Of a DNA stretch of 64,000 nucleotides, positions 27,799 to 41,170 are shown one piece after another. Under the pieces are notes generated by a model, which was not told the origin of the DNA, searched no databases, and saw only the letters and a program-made list of their open reading frames with translations. Position 1 is the stretch's first letter. The number at the start of each line of letters is the position of its first letter. A program made the translations under genes and the position numbers. Origin of the DNA: Eledone cirrhosa (lineage: Eukaryota); the NCBI GenBank assembly GCA_964016885.1, contig OZ024751.1, forward strand, positions 15,500,001-15,564,000, given 5' to 3'.

Positions 27799-28433
27799 TA
27801 TGTATACGTACAAACATATATGTATACAGACGTACAGTAGTATGTATATATATACATACATGCACACATATATATATATGTACGTAAGGATTTACCGAAC
27901 ATTTATTATAATGTACGTCTGTATACATATATGTATGTACGTATACATACTTATATTTAAGTAACTGCCGTACTAACAGTGAGAAATGAAATTTCGTTTC
28001 ATTTTTTTCATTTATCGTTTTCGGTGCGCCCGGCCGATTAACTCCCTCGATATGCAAATTAGGCTGCTCAGCCGTTAATATGCATAATACTTTCAGACGT
28101 TCAATCATCTGGCAGGAAGGTATACGGTGCTGACGATAGCTAATAAACTTGAAACTAGTACATCGTTCCTTTGTCAGTGTTGAACAAAAGGGCAACGATG
28201 GTTGCTAAACACTGTACGGCTTAATTCGGGATGTTTGTTTACAACAAACTGAGCATTATAATAAATGTTCGGTAAATCCATACGTACATATATATATATG
28301 TGTGCATGTATGTATATATATACATACTACAGTACGTTTGTATACATATATGTATGTACGTATACATACATATATTTAAGTAACAGCCGTACTAAGAGTG
28401 AGAAATGAAATTTCGTTTCATTTTTTCCATTTA
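27797..28433. repeat. Complex local duplication (inverted plus direct)
   Basis: 27797-27913 is inverted at 28254-28370; 27913-28014 is directly repeated at 28332-28433. Confidence 0.75.
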
Positions 28434-29139
28434 TATAATATATATATATGAGAAAGTTATATATATATATATATATATATAAAAAACATGAGAAGAAAGA
28501 AGAATACTGCGTGGTTGCACATGGGTTACATTTGATAAAAATAGTCCTTCGTCAGTGATTTTCCAACCATCATTGGTATTTCATCGCATTAAAAATCATA
28601 TACCTCAGGTTGGTGCGAGCAATAACTAAAAAAAGTGATTGGGACCAGTAAATCGCGTAAAGCGAGGGGGACAAGTAAACAACATAGAAGGATAAAAGCA
28701 AACCAAAGATAGGAAAATAAACAAGCAACATGGTTGTCCGGTCAGCATAATCTGGGTGGATTTCATGAGCGAGAGAGGTACAGACCGTCCGACGTGAGTG
28801 AGATGTAAGCAAGAAGAGACCCACTACGAGCCAAACGGGAGGAAGATATATATATGAGAAAGTTATATATACATGTATATAAGAAAGTTGTAGTTTGCTT
28901 GAAGTATTGTGTATGGTATAGAAAAATATGAAGTTTGAAGGTCACGACAATGTGAAATGAATGAACAAGAAAATAAATCTCTTCTTCTCATGACTTTATG
29001 TTATATTCCTCCAAAGAAGAGATTTTGTCTCGAAATATCAAGACAGATAAATATATAAGGTAACACATAACATCTTGCTTCGTCTTATTTTCTTGTTCGT
29101 CCATTCCATTTCGCATTGTCGTGGCTTCCAAGCTTCACA

Positions 29140-29248
<109 letters not shown>

Positions 29249-29276
29249 ATATATATATATATATATCAACAGCAGA

Positions 29277-29361
29277 GGTTCGACGAGCTTTTGATTCCAG
29301 AGTCGGGACAGATCGATACAGATCGAACCTTGAGCTGATTAATAGCGAAACGCGCGTCACC
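29277..29361 (+). ncRNA. Hammerhead-like motif with TCGACGA core and long stem II
   Basis: ggt-TCGACGA-gcttttgatt...ttaatagc-GAAAC gcgc GTC-acc; sibling of 60566-60650. Confidence 0.55.
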
Positions 29362-29398
29362 AAACATTAAACGTAATGGAGGCTTAACAAATCGTCCT

Positions 29399-29468
<70 letters not shown>

Positions 29469-29474
<6 letters not shown>

Positions 29475-30127
29475 GTTAGTCCTTCATCAGTGATCTTCCA
29501 ACCATCATTGGTATTTCATCGCTTTAAAGACCATATACCTCCGGTTGGTGCGAGCAACGGCTAAAAAAAGTCGTTGGGACACGTAAATAAAGGGGACACG
29601 AGAGTGTAAACAAACAAAGATGGTGAAGCAACGAAAGGTGAGGAAGAACGAGTCAAGTCCCAAATTCCCATGAATATAAGTTCGGTGAAATCGTGAACGA
29701 GAGAGAATAAAGACCATCAAACCTGGTTGGAATGTGAGCAAGGAAGGAATTCCGTACAGGTCTAACGGGAGGAAGAAGGAATCTAGTCTGTGAATTCGGT
29801 GAACATAAGTTCTGTGAAATCGTAGACGAGAGAGAGAAAAAAGGCGAACCAGCCTGACCAAGCGTGCGAAAGAAAAGAATTACGCACAGGTCAAACGGGA
29901 AGAAGGAGGAGGAGGAGAGGTAGTAACAGAGAGTGAGTGAGTGAAGGGTGAGGAAGAGGCTAACAGAGAGAGTGACTGTTAGAGTGGGTAAAGATACAGA
30001 GAAAGAGGAAGCAGTAAGAACGAAATAGACGGGTCATAGCGGGGGAAAAAAATATGTGTAAATTTGAGAATAAACGTGCTGCGTGGTTGCAAATGGGTTA
30101 CATATGAATAAAGTTAGTCCTTCATCA

Positions 30128-30132
<5 letters not shown>
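29469..30132 (-). mobile_element. Family B unit of ~638 bp with a 26-nt terminal direct repeat, between (TA)n tracts
   Basis: aataaagttagtccttcatcagtgat at 29469 and 30107; no credible ORF. Confidence 0.75.
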
Positions 30133-30164
<32 letters not shown>

Positions 30165-30335
30165 TTGTGTAATATAATATTTTTTACGATAAAACTCAAA
30201 CACATTTATAAACGCGAAATATGACAACAAAATCGACATAACCGCCTACATGAATCGACCCCTGTATATTTTGTATATCGGACAACTGCATAGATCACTA
30301 CACGTATTTCGCGTATACATACATATACACACACA

Positions 30336-30396
<61 letters not shown>

Positions 30397-31139
30397 TAAA
30401 ATGCACGCATATACACATCTGCACGTGATACGCTTTCAATGAAATCTTTATTACAAAAAAAGTAAACTCCCATAAAAACAAAATAGACAGCGTAATTAGT
30501 TTCCGTCAATTAGTAAATCGCCAAGAGATTATTTTCGTAATTATCAAATAGTGACAATATTAACATAGTCTGATAAAGCGTGGAATATTGAAGGGCCAAA
30601 TATGACAATTCTCAGCAACCAATTATAGCCGGATTTAGTTACATTATTAAAGAAAATAGATGACAGGAGAAAAAAACAAAGAGAAAAAGAATAAAAATTG
30701 AAAAAGAACGAGAGTAAAATAGAAAGAGAGAAATAAAAAAATGGAAAGATAGATAGATAGAGAGAGAGAGAGGGGCGGGCGGGCGAGAATGGAAGAAAAA
30801 AGAGAAAAAGAAATCTATAAAAAAAACTTGATAGTTTTTATACTATTTAAAAAAAAATACTAATTATATTTAAATGAAATGGAAGAGCGTAATTTAAGTG
30901 TTTGAATTATTAGGATCAAATATGATGAATCATTAAAATCTAGATATGATGAGCCGAGTTCACAACGAAGTTTCAATTCTCAATGGAAAGTTATTTCACT
31001 GAGGGACGACATGGATTTCATGACGTCTTAGAATTATTTTTTCTCCCAAATGTTGCTCTCTGTTCATAGTCACAATATAAGTAGCCGATTGTCAGATTGT
31101 GGCATAAGCTCCGCCCTGACGAGCTTCTTGGCTTTTAGA

Positions 31140-31620
31140 AACTCCCACGTCTTGAGACATATGAGGTAGCCAAAGAACTCCAATGACCACGTTCAGCTGC
31201 ATCTATCAATACATTGTTCCAACTTTTGTTGTCAGGTTTTAGGTCCCTCTGGAGTGTCTGTCGCTAGTTCATCTTGGGATGTCCTCTTCGCCTATCTCCA
31301 TGGAGGGTACCAATATAGGACCTGATTAGCATGACCCTCACTTGAGTCGTGTGACAAGTCCCAACCAGCCAAGTCGGCACTTGCACATTATGTTAGACAC
31401 ACGTTGTTGGTGGGTTTGTTGACGGACTTCCTTGTTGGTGATGAAGTCATCCTACCCGATGCCAAGGATTTTCCGTAGGCATCTGGCGTCAAAAAACATC
31501 CAATTAGTTCTCTTGGCTGGTCTTAACACTCCATGTTTCGCACCCATACAAGAGAAGCGAAAGTTTTTTTGCTTCTCTAGATCTTGTTGAGTTGCTTAAT
31601 CTGTTGACTGCCACATATAT
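31140..31620 (-). pseudogene. RTE-like LINE ORF2 fragment, continuing at 32230-32420
   Basis: LLYGCETW...DARCLRKILGI..D.ITNKEVR...RLGWLG and V..F.CL.S.IN....KEINCRTGKAS.AF. Confidence 0.75.
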
Positions 31621-31731
31621 TTTACTCAGTTACAGCAAAATGACTATTTTTTAAAACAAACAACACATATTAACAACACATATCTGAATGATTGACACAC
31701 GTCACATCAATAAACTAGTAACCCCATCTAG

Positions 31732-32189
31732 CTTTGAAGTTATGAACTGTTGGAAACGATTTCATAACTTTGAAGTTATGAACTGTTGGAAACGATTTCA
31801 TAACTTTGAAGTTCTGAACTGTTGGAAACGATTTCATAACTTTGAAGTTATGAACTGTTGGAAACGATTTCATAACTTTGAAGTTATGAACTGTTGGAAA
31901 CGATTTCATAACTTTGAAGTTATGAACTGTTGGAAACGATTTCATAACTTTGAAGTTCTGAACTGTTGGAAACGATTTCATAACTTTGAAGTTCTGAACT
32001 GTTGGAAACGATTTCATAACTTTGAAGTTATGAACTGTTGGAAACGATTTCATAACTTTGAAGTTATGAACTGTTGGAAACGATTTCATAACTTTGAAGT
32101 TATGAACTGTTGGAAACGATTTCATAACTTTGAAGTTCTGAACTGTTGGAAACGATTTCATAACTTTGAAGTTCTGAACTGTTGGAAAA
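31732..32189. repeat. 36-bp minisatellite, ~13 units, each with a 10-bp hairpin
   Basis: Unit tttcataactttgaagtt(a/c)tgaactgttggaaacga; palindrome ttcataactt-tg-aagttatgaa; no spacers. Confidence 0.95.
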
Positions 32190-32641
32190 GAGTTCAAACA
32201 TGTTAGGACGAGTTATCTCGTCTACTACACTGAAGAGGTTAAAGGCTACCGAAGCTTTGCCTGTTCTGCAATTAATTTCTTTCCCCATGTCCCTAGTTCT
32301 GTTGATAGAGCTTCTGAGGCAGGTGAAGTCGTTCACAACCTTCACATTCTTCTGATTGATGCAGACGTTTGTTGGTGTCTTGATCTTTTTTGACACTGAT
32401 GTGGACACCAATGTTGGCGGCAGATGACCCAGTATCATCTATCAGATACTTGTGACATACTTTAACTTTTATAGTTAGCATTTGAAGGGAAAATTAAAAA
32501 CTGGGGAGGGGGGGGGGTCCCCTCAGCGACGGCAGAAAGGGGGGAGAGTGTAATTTCGGGGAAGAAGGATTGAAACTCAGTTAAATTGATGGAATAATAT
32601 ACAAAGGGGGTAAAGCTACTTGCTTATTTGGTGCTCTAGAG

Positions 32642-32787
32642 CAGCAGTCTCCAACATTTCGGATCTCACGGACCACTAAATTCATAATTTTAAATCCCGT
32701 GGACCACTAATATGAATTTAAAAAAAAAAATAAATACATTAAAATATTTCTACCAGTGGTCCACTGACCACTGGTTGGTGACCGCTG
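32642..32787. mobile_element. hAT-like MITE
   Basis: Imperfect TIRs CAGCAGTCTCCAAC / GTTGGTGACCGCTG and subterminal GGACCAC repeats; left flank CTCTAGAG, right TSD not matched. Confidence 0.6.
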
Positions 32788-33889
32788 ATCAGAAATCAAA
32801 TTTAGGAAACAGCAATACTATGTTTAGTAGGGTCAATATTAATTGAGGTCTGAAGTTTTTGTTGGTCTAGTAGAAGATAAAGATAATTTACACTTTTACT
32901 TTATTTTCCATGATATAAGGTAACATTGTAAACAGTTGTTTTGTTTTGTTTCTCTTTATTCTCATTTTCACTCATTTATTCCTAACTTTCATTGTACTGG
33001 CTTTTGCAAAACAACCTTAACCACACGTCTCACAATATTTCATATAAATTGAAAACACAATCTATGAGATATATCAAACTTTACCCACTTAATCCCCAAA
33101 CACACATTCCAATGGATCCTGTCAGAAGCAACCATCTCCTATCGACCCGGTTGGATCCCCAAGTGAGGTCAGCCGAGCTCATGGATGTTATCCAATCATC
33201 TTGTTCAGGGTCTACGAGAACAGGATCAGATAGGTGACTGGAGTGAATAAGACCACACACATAAAACAAAACAACAAAACACTGCGATATGTAGGAAACT
33301 CAGACGCATAAAATAACTGTAAATACAGTTGGTTGCTATAAATTATAGTTTAAAAAATCGGATTAAACAGCCCTATAGACGGAAGAAAAAGGGACCAGGA
33401 CCAACAGTCATCCGCCATTTTCTGCGCATGAGTTTCCTACGTATTCTATTGGGTCGTCAAGTATGAAATTTGTAGAAAAAAAACAACAAATTTCTACAAA
33501 TTTAATACTTGAGGACCCAATATAAACTTTATAAAGCCAATATTTTGTGATGAAATCTTTGCTGAGACCAATTTGTTAAGTTTTTTCGTTGACTTCGCCC
33601 TCAATCATGCAAGAATTTAATAATATTTGGCAACCCTCATTCTTTCGAACAACAACTAAAAGGTGGGGGAAAAAATGAGTTTTATTAAACATGTACGCCT
33701 CTATAAGTTTCTGAGGTTTCTTGACATAACATCTTCTGCTGCTAGTCTGAAATGACAACTTTGTTTAATATGTAAAGAAAAGGAAATTGATATCAGGAAA
33801 GCAATTTCCATCTCCTATTATCTTCGACTATAAACAGGTGAGTGGGTGATCAATAATTATATAGAGGGCCAGTTATGGTGATTGAAGCT

Positions 33890-34835
33890 CTTTGTGGTGG
33901 TGTAGAAGGTGGTAGTGGTAGTGGTGGTGTTGGTGGTAGTAGTGATGTTGGCTGTGGTGGTGTTGGCAGTGGTGGTGTAGAAGGTGGTAGTGGTGATTTT
34001 GGCTGTGGTGGTGTATAAGGTGGCGGTGGTGGTGTAGGTGTTTGTGGTAGTGGTGGTGTTGGCTGTGGTGGTGTATAAAGTGGCTGTGGTGGTGTAGAAG
34101 GTGGTTGTGGTGGTGTTGGCTGTGATGGTGTAGAAGGTGGTTGTGGTTGTGGTGGTTGTGGTAGTGGTGGTGTTGGCTGTGGTGGTGTTGGCTGTGATGG
34201 TGTAGAAGGTGGTTGTGGTGGTTGTGGTAGTGGTGGTGTTGGCTGTGGTGGTGGTGTTGGCTGTGATGGTGTAGAAGGTGGTTGTGGTTGTGGTGGTTGT
34301 GGTAGTGATGGTGTAGAAGGTGGTTGTGGTAGTAGTGGTGTAGAAGGTAGTAGTGGTGGTGGTGGTGTCAGCTGTGATGGTGTTGTAGATGTTAGTGGTG
34401 TTAGTGGTGGTGTAGAAGGTGGTTGTGATAGTGGTGGTTGTGGTAGTAGTGGTGTTGGCTGTGGTGGTAGTAGTGGAGGTGTTGGCAGTGGTGGTGTAGA
34501 AGGTGGCGGTGTTGGTGTAGTAGGTGGCAGTGGTAGTGTAGAAGGTGGCGGTGTTGGTGTTAATGGTGGGTTGATGATGGTAGCGGCTATGGAGCTGCTA
34601 ATTGTGGTGGTAGTAAAGGAGACAGCGCTGATGATGATGATAATGATGATGGCTGCGGTGGTAGGGTGGGGATAGTGGTTGTCATGGCTACCAACATCAC
34701 CCCTTGCACTCCTGCCTGCACCACCAGCACTGCCACTACCATTACCGCCACAACCACCGCCACAACCACCACTACCGCGGCCATCACTACTACTACTACT
34801 ACTACTAGTATTACCACCACCACCACCACAGCCAT

Positions 34836-34891
<56 letters not shown>

Positions 34892-34943
34892 ATAATAATA
34901 ATACTACTAGTACTACTACTACCACCACCACCACCACAGCCAT

Positions 34944-34996
<53 letters not shown>

Positions 34997-35051
34997 ATAA
35001 TAATAATAATAATACTACTAGTACTACTACTACCACCACCACCACAGCCAT

Positions 35052-35104
<53 letters not shown>

Positions 35105-35330
35105 ATAATAATAATAATACTAGTACTACTAGTACTACTACCACCACCACCACCACCACCACCACCACCAACAACATCAACACCACCACTGCCACCACTA
35201 CCATCACCACCACCAGCACCCCCACAACCTCCACCACTCTCGACGATGAACTTCATCACCACCACTAGCAACAACAATAATAACACCACCACCACCACCA
35301 CCATCATCACCCCCCCCGCCCGCCCCCACC
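33890..35330. repeat. Trinucleotide low-complexity block, (GGT)-rich then (ACC/ACT)-rich
   Basis: Read directly; strand composition flips near 34680. Confidence 0.9.
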
Positions 35331-35844
35331 ACTTGAAACAGCTGTCAAACATCCCTCATATCACTCATTTACGTCTGAAACACAGCGAACCACTATATGG
35401 TCACTACTCATGCTAGAAATAGCAGCCAAATCATCCCTCATATAACTCTTTTCCACCCCAAACCAACTGAATATTTATGTTTTCTTTAGGCATGCTAGAA
35501 ATATCAGCCAATTCTCCCATAAATCCTCGACATAGAAGTTTTCTTCTTCTTCGCCCACTTATTCCTGAGAGTGTCTTGGGGGCAGACTCCGCAGACACTC
35601 CTTCCAACAGGTCCTGACAGAAGCAACCATCCCCAACTGATTCGGCTGGATCCTCCAAGCGTGACCAGCCAAGCTCATGGATGTTATCTAACCATCTAGA
35701 AATGGAAGTCATGTTATTCAAATCATTCATAAAAAATCTGAAAACAATTCAACCCCTATGTAGTTGTTAAAAAGGTTAGAAATAGCAGCTAAATCCCTCT
35801 CAAATCCCTCAATGTAGGATAACTGGTATGCTACAGAGCCGTTA

Positions 35845-36210
35845 TAAGTTTAGGAATAACCAAAGAGTGCTTAGAAATACATTGTTTTATTTGCTAACAG
35901 TGTTTAATCCATACCCTAGGGCAGGAATCATCGGAGCTTAGAAAAAAAAATATATCAAAGGTTGCAGGGTCCATCGAGCTCTGTCTCCAGAACAAGGATA
36001 AAGGACAAGTACGGGGGTCCCAAGGCCAGCGCTGTATAGAATAACACAATACATGATACATATAATGTCATAAAAAATTACATCAAAAGTTTATCATATA
36101 AATGGTGCAATAGATCTTAAGGAGGTTGAGAGAGGAGAGCAGGAAATGAATGAGGGTGTTATTCAGCATGATCAAAAAACAAAACAAAGCATTGGTTATT
36201 CCTAAACTTA

Positions 36211-36212
<2 letters not shown>
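35845..36212. mobile_element. Mini-element with terminal inverted 19-mer and a degenerate CCGATGA hammerhead (35893-35937, minus)
   Basis: ataagtttaggaataacca / tggttattcctaaacttat; gct-CCGATGA...TAAAC act GTT-agc-AAATAAA; tail also at 37146-37182. Confidence 0.6.
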
Positions 36213-36264
<52 letters not shown>

Positions 36265-36322
36265 CTGCCAAGACTGGGATTGAACAATCAGCACAGTTGA
36301 GGTATGTCATACATCAATTTAT

Positions 36323-36390
36323 ATATTTTATCTGATGAGGACGTACTGAAAAAACAGCACAGTACCTCCGAAATATATATAATAAAATAT
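36323..36390 (+). ncRNA. Family A type I hammerhead ribozyme
   Basis: atattttat-CTGATGA-ggacgtactg...cagtacctcc-GAAAT atat ATA-ataaaatat; stem I 9 bp, stem II 9 of 10 bp. Confidence 0.85.
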
Positions 36391-36531
36391 ATTTTGATTA
36401 CGTTGAATGTCTATATTTATTAATATTTTGAATTAATATTAATAACTCCAGAAAACTTTACTGTTGAGTGCTTCTAATCTATTGTAAAACTATATTCATT
36501 GATTAATCAATGAACCTTGTTTAACTTTTGG

Positions 36532-36569
<38 letters not shown>

Positions 36570-36620
36570 ATTAAGTCAAATATGTAAAATTTGGCTTCGT
36601 TTATTATAAATTATAGATAT

Positions 36621-36675
36621 ACTGCTATATATATTTCGGTGACAGCCATCATTGGCTGCGACCTCTTCAGGCAGT
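36621..36675 (-). ncRNA. Type I hammerhead in the left arm of fold-back 36563-36792
   Basis: actgc-CTGAAGA-ggtcgcagcca atga tggctgtcacc-GAAAT atat ATA-gcagt. Confidence 0.85.
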
Positions 36676-36883
36676 CCTAATTGGTGTGGGAAAGACAGGT
36701 ACACAATTAGGACTGCCTGAAGAGGTCACAGCCAATGATAGCTGATTTATAATAAACGAAGTCAAATTTTACATATTTGACTTACTTATTTTACATTACT
36801 CCGGAGTAAACTAACCAACCTGCGCACTTCGTCGAGTGCTCCAATCTGCATACTGAGGTGTCGGTAAACAACCAACATATACT

Positions 36884-36943
<60 letters not shown>

Positions 36944-37035
36944 CCACCTGGTTGTGGGGCTGAAAATGTTGTTAGAACTCAGTGTCTCCTTGGAAGGAAC
37001 TAACTCTCTACCTATACTTCACTTCTGTTTTTATT

Positions 37036-37091
<56 letters not shown>

Positions 37092-37178
37092 ATCTACCTA
37101 CATACATACATATATATACATACCTACATATATTCATACATATATATAAGTTTAGGAATGACCAAAGAGTGCTTAGAA

Positions 37179-37247
<69 letters not shown>

Positions 37248-37381
37248 TACATACCTACATATATATATATACATATCTACATATCTACCTACCTATATAC
37301 ATACATACATGCATACATATATATGTATATATACCTACCTACCTACATACCTACATACATATATATATCTACCTACATATC

Positions 37382-37413
<32 letters not shown>

Positions 37414-37444
37414 CTGTATATATATCTACCTACCTACATACAAT

Positions 37445-37520
<76 letters not shown>

Positions 37521-39680
37521 CCATTTAGCATTTAGCAATTTCATCGACGATTTACTCATGAGAAAATAAATCGAAAACAAGAATATCGAGAATTAGACAT
37601 TTTGTATGACATTGCAATCAATGGAAATTATTACTGATATTGAAAGATATGATGTGATATTGTATTATATAGTATTATATATATATATATATAGTATTTT
37701 ATATATAGTATTGTATATATAGTAGTTTATATATATATATATATACACATAGATAGATATCATATAGACATAAAACAACATACACACAAAAAAAAGTATT
37801 AGGAACCCAGCAGTGATTTAACATTCAGTTTTTAAAAGCTTTTTTTTTAATGCGATCTATTGGTAGAATATAACGGAATTGAAGGGAAAACAAAGTGTGT
37901 CTTCGTCATGAAAGGCAACAGTTCTTGGTTTGGACAGTTCTAGAACTAAATGAACTGATGAAGAATGGATAAGAATCGAAGCAATTTAAACTGAATTATG
38001 CTATAGAACCATAACTGATAGAAACCTTAGAACTATCAAATATATATCCTTACATTATGCTTTTTTATGAATAAACACATTTTTTTTTGTTTCATAGATT
38101 TTTATATTTTATCTGCACTTTGTTTCCATTTTTAATGAATAAACCCACTCTGAAATTTCGATCCGTTATCATATCTTTATTACGTGAAGATAATTGTTGT
38201 TGAAAGCGTATGTTTGTGTTGTCCCTTTTTCTTAATTTCGAGTTTGTTTTGGCTGGCCATCTTCCTGATGTCAAGGTTGTAAAGAAAAGGAAATTTCCAT
38301 CTTCCCTTGAGCAATCTCAGAATATTTTACAGAATATTTTTTGAAGGTTCAAGATAGTGTGGCCAATTGTAACTTATAAAATAAAGAGCTGCGCTTTTCC
38401 CCCCTCAAATCCGAATCCAAACATAATGTGGTCCAGGCGGGTTGTTATATATCCTGTAGCTCCAAAGATAATGGGTATGAAACAACATTTATGTTGGGTA
38501 CTCGATTTACAAATTCTTTATTAATGGTTCCCAAGTATCCTCCTCCTCCTGTATGTTTCTTGTCTTACGGTATTGACGTCGAGTGGGAAGCTGACTTTTA
38601 TAACAGAACATGTTTTTAATCTTTAGCCGTGAAGATGTGTATATGTGTGTGACTCTGTGTGTGTGTGTGTGTGTGTATTACTGCCAGTATGTGTAATTCT
38701 GTACCTGGACTAGTACTTTATTTAGCAAGACCGAAAAGTATAAAATACAAAATTGTCCTCGGCGTGATTTGAACTCGGAACGTAGAGGACTCAAACAAAT
38801 ATCGAGGTATTCAATCTAACATTTTCACGACTCTGGCAATTCATTGCCTTCCACTTGCAATTCACACCTGGTACAGAACAGATTCCCAACGGCATTTAAA
38901 CATTTATTGATCGCTCTGGCAACAGTGCATCCCCCTAGCGGAAGGAGTCCCCAGAGGTTCAATGGTCGATGTAGCGAGTGCTGCTGGCTGTTCTCTGCAG
39001 CAATTCCTCCACCATCTTGTCTGTGAGGCACAGCTGAGACATATACCGGTTTAAAACTGGGACATGAAGTCTGCCGCAACCACTCTTTTCCTTTACTTTC
39101 ATTATTTAATTCAAAACTTCTTTTTAACATTATAAAATTTAATTCAAATTTGTTGATTAAAGATTTTTCAAACCGGGTTATTTGGTTGATGAGGTAAACA
39201 GAAAAAAATAGAGATAAATTAGAGAAATGAAATTCAGCGTTTTCCCCAGTGTATTCTCCATAGTTATATTTAGCTGGCTGGTTCACTGACTGTTATCATA
39301 TAAGCAGAAGACGATAAGACAAAGAAACTGGTGATAAAATGTACAAGAAATCTATCGAATCAATATATTTTATACATTAGCTAGTTTTGAGATTTCGTTC
39401 AGCTTTAATTTGACAATAATCAGAACACTTCCCACGAGAGAAAATATTTTGTTCTTCCAACAAACACAAACATTCTTTTTGAAAGTAATTTAAATTAAAA
39501 ATTACATCAGGTTTCTAAACCAAATTGATAAACTGATGTAATTTTAATGAGGATTACAAACTATTTTGGCTTCTAAATTTCGCATTGAAAAGTTGAAAAG
39601 ATCCATAGAAAATAAGTTTTGTAGATGACAATGTATATGTATTTCTGAAGGTGTGTGTTTGTGTGTGAGTATATATATAT

Positions 39681-39960
39681 GCAGAAGTTATATTTAATTT
39701 GTTGGGATTCAACAAGCTTAAAAGTTTTATAACTGATATAAAGCACTCAACAATTTACTGGAGTAAATATTCAATATATTAATAAATGGAAACTATATTT
39801 ATAAAACCATAATTATTTTATCATATATATTTCAAGGGCAACCAAGGTAGTTTTGGTGCGCTTTCATCAGATAAAATACAAAATTTGTTTTATAAATGTT
39901 GACATACCCGTAGAAAAACAACCTTGACGGTTGAAGGTTCGCTGGATAGTGGAAACAATT
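39681..39960 (-). mobile_element. Colinear family A element; its hammerhead (39814-39878) has an AUG triplet, probably non-cleaving
   Basis: tattttat-CTGATGA...GAAAT atat ATG-ataaaata, then the tail ending at TA repeats. Confidence 0.8.
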
Positions 39961-40815
39961 TTTATTGAGGGTAATTCAAAGTTCTGTGTGAGTATGCAAA
40001 TGAATGTCCGAAAAAATTGAAAAACAACCGTTTATTTAAATTATACTGTTGGAAGAAGAGAGAGAAAAAGAAAGAGAAAAAAAGAAAATATTATTATATG
40101 CCGAGTTATAGTGAAAAAAGTGAAGGAAGAAAGTGCGAAGAATAAGTTTATGCGAGGATGAGTACGTATATCGTAAATACATCATGTTTTTATGCTATAT
40201 TTATATTAAAAATAAAGATATGTTAAAAAATAAAGATATATTAAAATAAAATATATTAAAATATATTAATAAGAATATATGGGTATAGATGGGTATGTCA
40301 TGTTATAGATGATAAATTATTTAAATGTATAATGTTTTACATTGGAAAAATATTGAAAATCCAGTTTTGTTTATTTATTAGTTATTATGAGATAAGTTTG
40401 ACAAAAATATGTTTAAAAGATATATTTAGCCAGAGTTTGTTATTGGTTGTAAGTCAAATCTTAAATACTTAGAAAAATTACAAAAATTACGAAAAATTAC
40501 GAAAGTTTACAAAAGATTAAATAATTAATTAAAAGTTTATACTAAACCAAAAATTCAGACTATAAAGCTATAAAAATTAAGACTAAAAAAACTATAAAAA
40601 GTTTTAAAAGACTCCGAAGATACACAAAAATCATTTAAAATGTTTTAAAACATTTAAAAATTATTCATAAATTATAATTAAAATCTAAAATTATTCAAAA
40701 ATATAAAGAAGTATTAAGAAATATTTGAAAATACTTAAATATTTAAAATATTAAAAATATTTAAAATGTATAAAATATTGGAAAATATAAAATTCAAAAA
40801 ATATTAAAATATTAG

Positions 40816-40903
<88 letters not shown>

Positions 40904-41119
40904 GATATATAATATAATATATATATATTATATAGATATATATTATATATATTATATAGATATATAATATATATATAGAGATATATAATATATATATTAT
41001 ATATATTATATAGATATATATTATCTTTTTAATAACACTATCTTTTCAATAATGTCCCTTTGACGAATCAAAAAAAAACAACAGACCCTTAAATATATCT
41101 CCCGTGCTATTTCCAACTT

Positions 41120-41169
<50 letters not shown>

Positions 41170-41170
<1 letters not shown>

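Noticed and set aside
28161-28200. pre-miRNA-like hairpin
   Set aside because: Only ~40 nt with bulges; too short, and hairpins are common in this window.
31732-32189. CRISPR array (36-bp palindromic repeats)
   Set aside because: Units are directly adjacent with no unique spacers, there are no cas genes, and the context is eukaryotic.
33740-33843. Host exon ending at CAG|GTGAGT
   Set aside because: A good donor motif alone; no convincing acceptor or reading frame.
33850-35352. 500-aa Ser/Gly/Pro-rich ORF
   Set aside because: Entirely low-complexity triplet repeat; no non-repetitive coding segment.
38825-39286. 153-aa ORF in GC-richer unique DNA
   Set aside because: No recognisable motifs, and the 3' end runs into an S1 SINE; cannot be supported without expression data.
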